From: an uncultured bacterium
Lineage (GTDB): Bacteria > Zhuqueibacterota > QNDG01 > CAYUAG01
Assembly (NCBI GenBank): GCA_964515295.1
Contig: CAZETW010000005.1
Span: 2,826 to 66,825 of the forward strand
DNA: 64,000 nt
Reading direction: 5' to 3'
Shown: piece after piece, positions 62,894 through 64,000 of the stretch
Layout: each line of letters begins with the position of its first letter
Numbering within the stretch: position 1 is the stretch's first letter
Notes under the pieces: generated by a model
Told to the model about the DNA's origin: nothing
The model's database searches: none
What the model saw: the letters and a program-made list of their open reading frames with translations, nothing else
Translations under genes and position numbers: made by a program

Positions 62894-64000
62894 ATTATTG
62901 TTAATGAAAAGATCCAGCAAAGTATTGAGATCTTAAAAGAAAAAAATATTGATATGTGGCTTACTTTTGTGCGGGAATCAGCCACTGTACCTGATCCGGC
63001 TTTGGAACTTATCTTAGGTTCTCATGTTACTTGGGCGTCTGTATTTCTAATCACCTCCTCGGGCAGGAAAACAGCCATTGTAGGCAGTCTGGATGTCCAG
63101 AATATTAAAGACCATGCAGATTATGAAGTGCTCGATTATCTTGATTCAGTAGAGGATACACTTTTAACAGTACTTAAAGAAACTGATCCTAAACAAATTG
63201 CCATTAATTATTCCATCAATGATGTGACTGCAGACGGATTGAGTCATGGTATGTATCTGATGTTACAGGAATATTTATCCGGAACAGTGTATACTGACAG
63301 ATTAGTATCAAGTGAGGAAATCCTGAGTGCACTTCGGGGCAGAAAATCTCCGGAAGAACTTAAACGTATAAAGGCAGCTATAAAAGAAACCCTGCAGATT
63401 TTTGACCAGGTTACTGAGTATGTAAAACCAGGGCTTAGTGAAAAAGATATACAGGATTTTATCGTAAACATTGTACGTGAAAAAAGGCTTGGCCTCGCCT
63501 GGAATCCTGAACACTGTCCTGCTGTTTTTACCGGGCCTGATACTGCTGGCGCTCATGCTATGCCTACTAAGCGGAAGATTAAACCCGGACATATCATGAA
63601 TATTGATTTCGGAGTAAAAAAAGATGATTATGTTTCAGATCTGCAGCGGACCTGGTATTTTCTGAGAGAAGAGGAGAGTTTTCCTCCGCCTGAGGTTGTC
63701 AAAGGTTTTGAGACCATACGGGATGCTATAAAAAAGGCTGCCTCTGTACTGAAGCCGGGTGTGCAGGGTGTAGAAGTTGATACTGCAGCCAGACAGTTTA
63801 TTATTGATGCTGGTTATGATGAGTTTTCTCATGGCCTGGGACATCAGGTGGGCAGAGAAGCCCATGATGGTTCCACTTTGTTATGTCCTGCCTGGGACAG
63901 GTACAAAAATCTTCCCCGCCGCAGGGTTGAGGATGGGCAGGTGTTTACCATAGAACCGCGTTTAACGGTTGAAGGGTATGGTGTCGCTACCATCGAAGAA
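62894..64000 (+). CDS. M24-family Xaa-Pro peptidase (partial, runs off the right edge); start codon uncertain
   Basis: Hand translation gives ...IQQSIEILKEKNIDMWLTFVRES...KSPEELKRIKAA...HGLGHQVGREAHDG...GQVFTIEPR. The frame is open from the stop at 62882-62884 to 64000. It is absent from the ORF track because it is open-ended. Confidence 0.8.
   Translation, partial: MIVNEKIQQSIEILKEKNIDMWLTFVRESATVPDPALELILGSHVTWASVFLITSSGRKTAIVGSLDVQNIKDHADYEVLDYLDSVEDTLLTVLKETDPKQIAINYSINDVTADGLSHGMYLMLQEYLSGTVYTDRLVSSEEILSALRGRKSPEELKRIKAAIKETLQIFDQVTEYVKPGLSEKDIQDFIVNIVREKRLGLAWNPEHCPAVFTGPDTAGAHAMPTKRKIKPGHIMNIDFGVKKDDYVSDLQRTWYFLREEESFPPPEVVKGFETIRDAIKKAASVLKPGVQGVEVDTAARQFIIDAGYDEFSHGLGHQVGREAHDGSTLLCPAWDRYKNLPRRRVEDGQVFTIEPRLTVEGYGVATIEE

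Noticed and set aside
1-64000. CRISPR arrays, rRNA genes, prophage structural genes
   Set aside because: I saw no regularly spaced direct repeats with unique spacers and no rRNA-like sequence. The only RNA gene recognised is tRNA-Leu(CAA). No capsid, terminase or tail genes are present.

Overview
AT-rich bacterial chromosome segment. T9SS-type C-terminal sorting domains on four giant secreted proteins and a Fib_succ_major-type lipoprotein suggest an uncultivated FCB-superphylum bacterium (inference only). The window has four parts. (1) 1-1.9 kb holds the 5' part of a GH97 glycosidase gene on the minus strand; it runs off the window edge and is absent from the ORF track. (2) About 2.1-11.5 kb is an accessory island with every gene on the minus strand. 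It carries an ArsR/Cys-rich-peptide module, a truncated Y1 (IS200/RAYT-like) transposase, three type II toxin-antitoxin pairs, a RhuM/DprA-like pair, decayed DinD fragments and a complete diversity-generating retroelement (DGR: target lipoprotein with VR, avd, TR, RT). Several modules are followed directly by imperfect bulged palindromes bounded by AAC...GTT, and a roughly 35-residue integron-integrase C-terminal remnant sits at the upstream end. I therefore read the island as a degenerate integron-like cassette array with the DGR in a cassette position. The avd gene is exactly bracketed by a ~31-nt inverted repeat, reminiscent of 23S rRNA intervening sequences. (3) 11.7-47.7 kb holds an ATP-grasp/degenerate-M20 fusion with GGT and an N-formylglutamate-amidohydrolase-like gene, tRNA-Leu(CAA), a three-gene operon of giant repeat proteins (1688, 1603 and 1062 aa), several peptidases, and a second surface operon (two CsgG-like/TPR proteins, a 2542-aa LVIVD/LamG giant and a beta-barrel OMP). 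(4) 47.7-64 kb is housekeeping: an unlisted 56-aa ferredoxin, thiD, queH, hisS, exbB, tldD/pmbA and others. No CRISPR array or rRNA gene was seen. All family calls come from reading motifs by eye; no searches were run.
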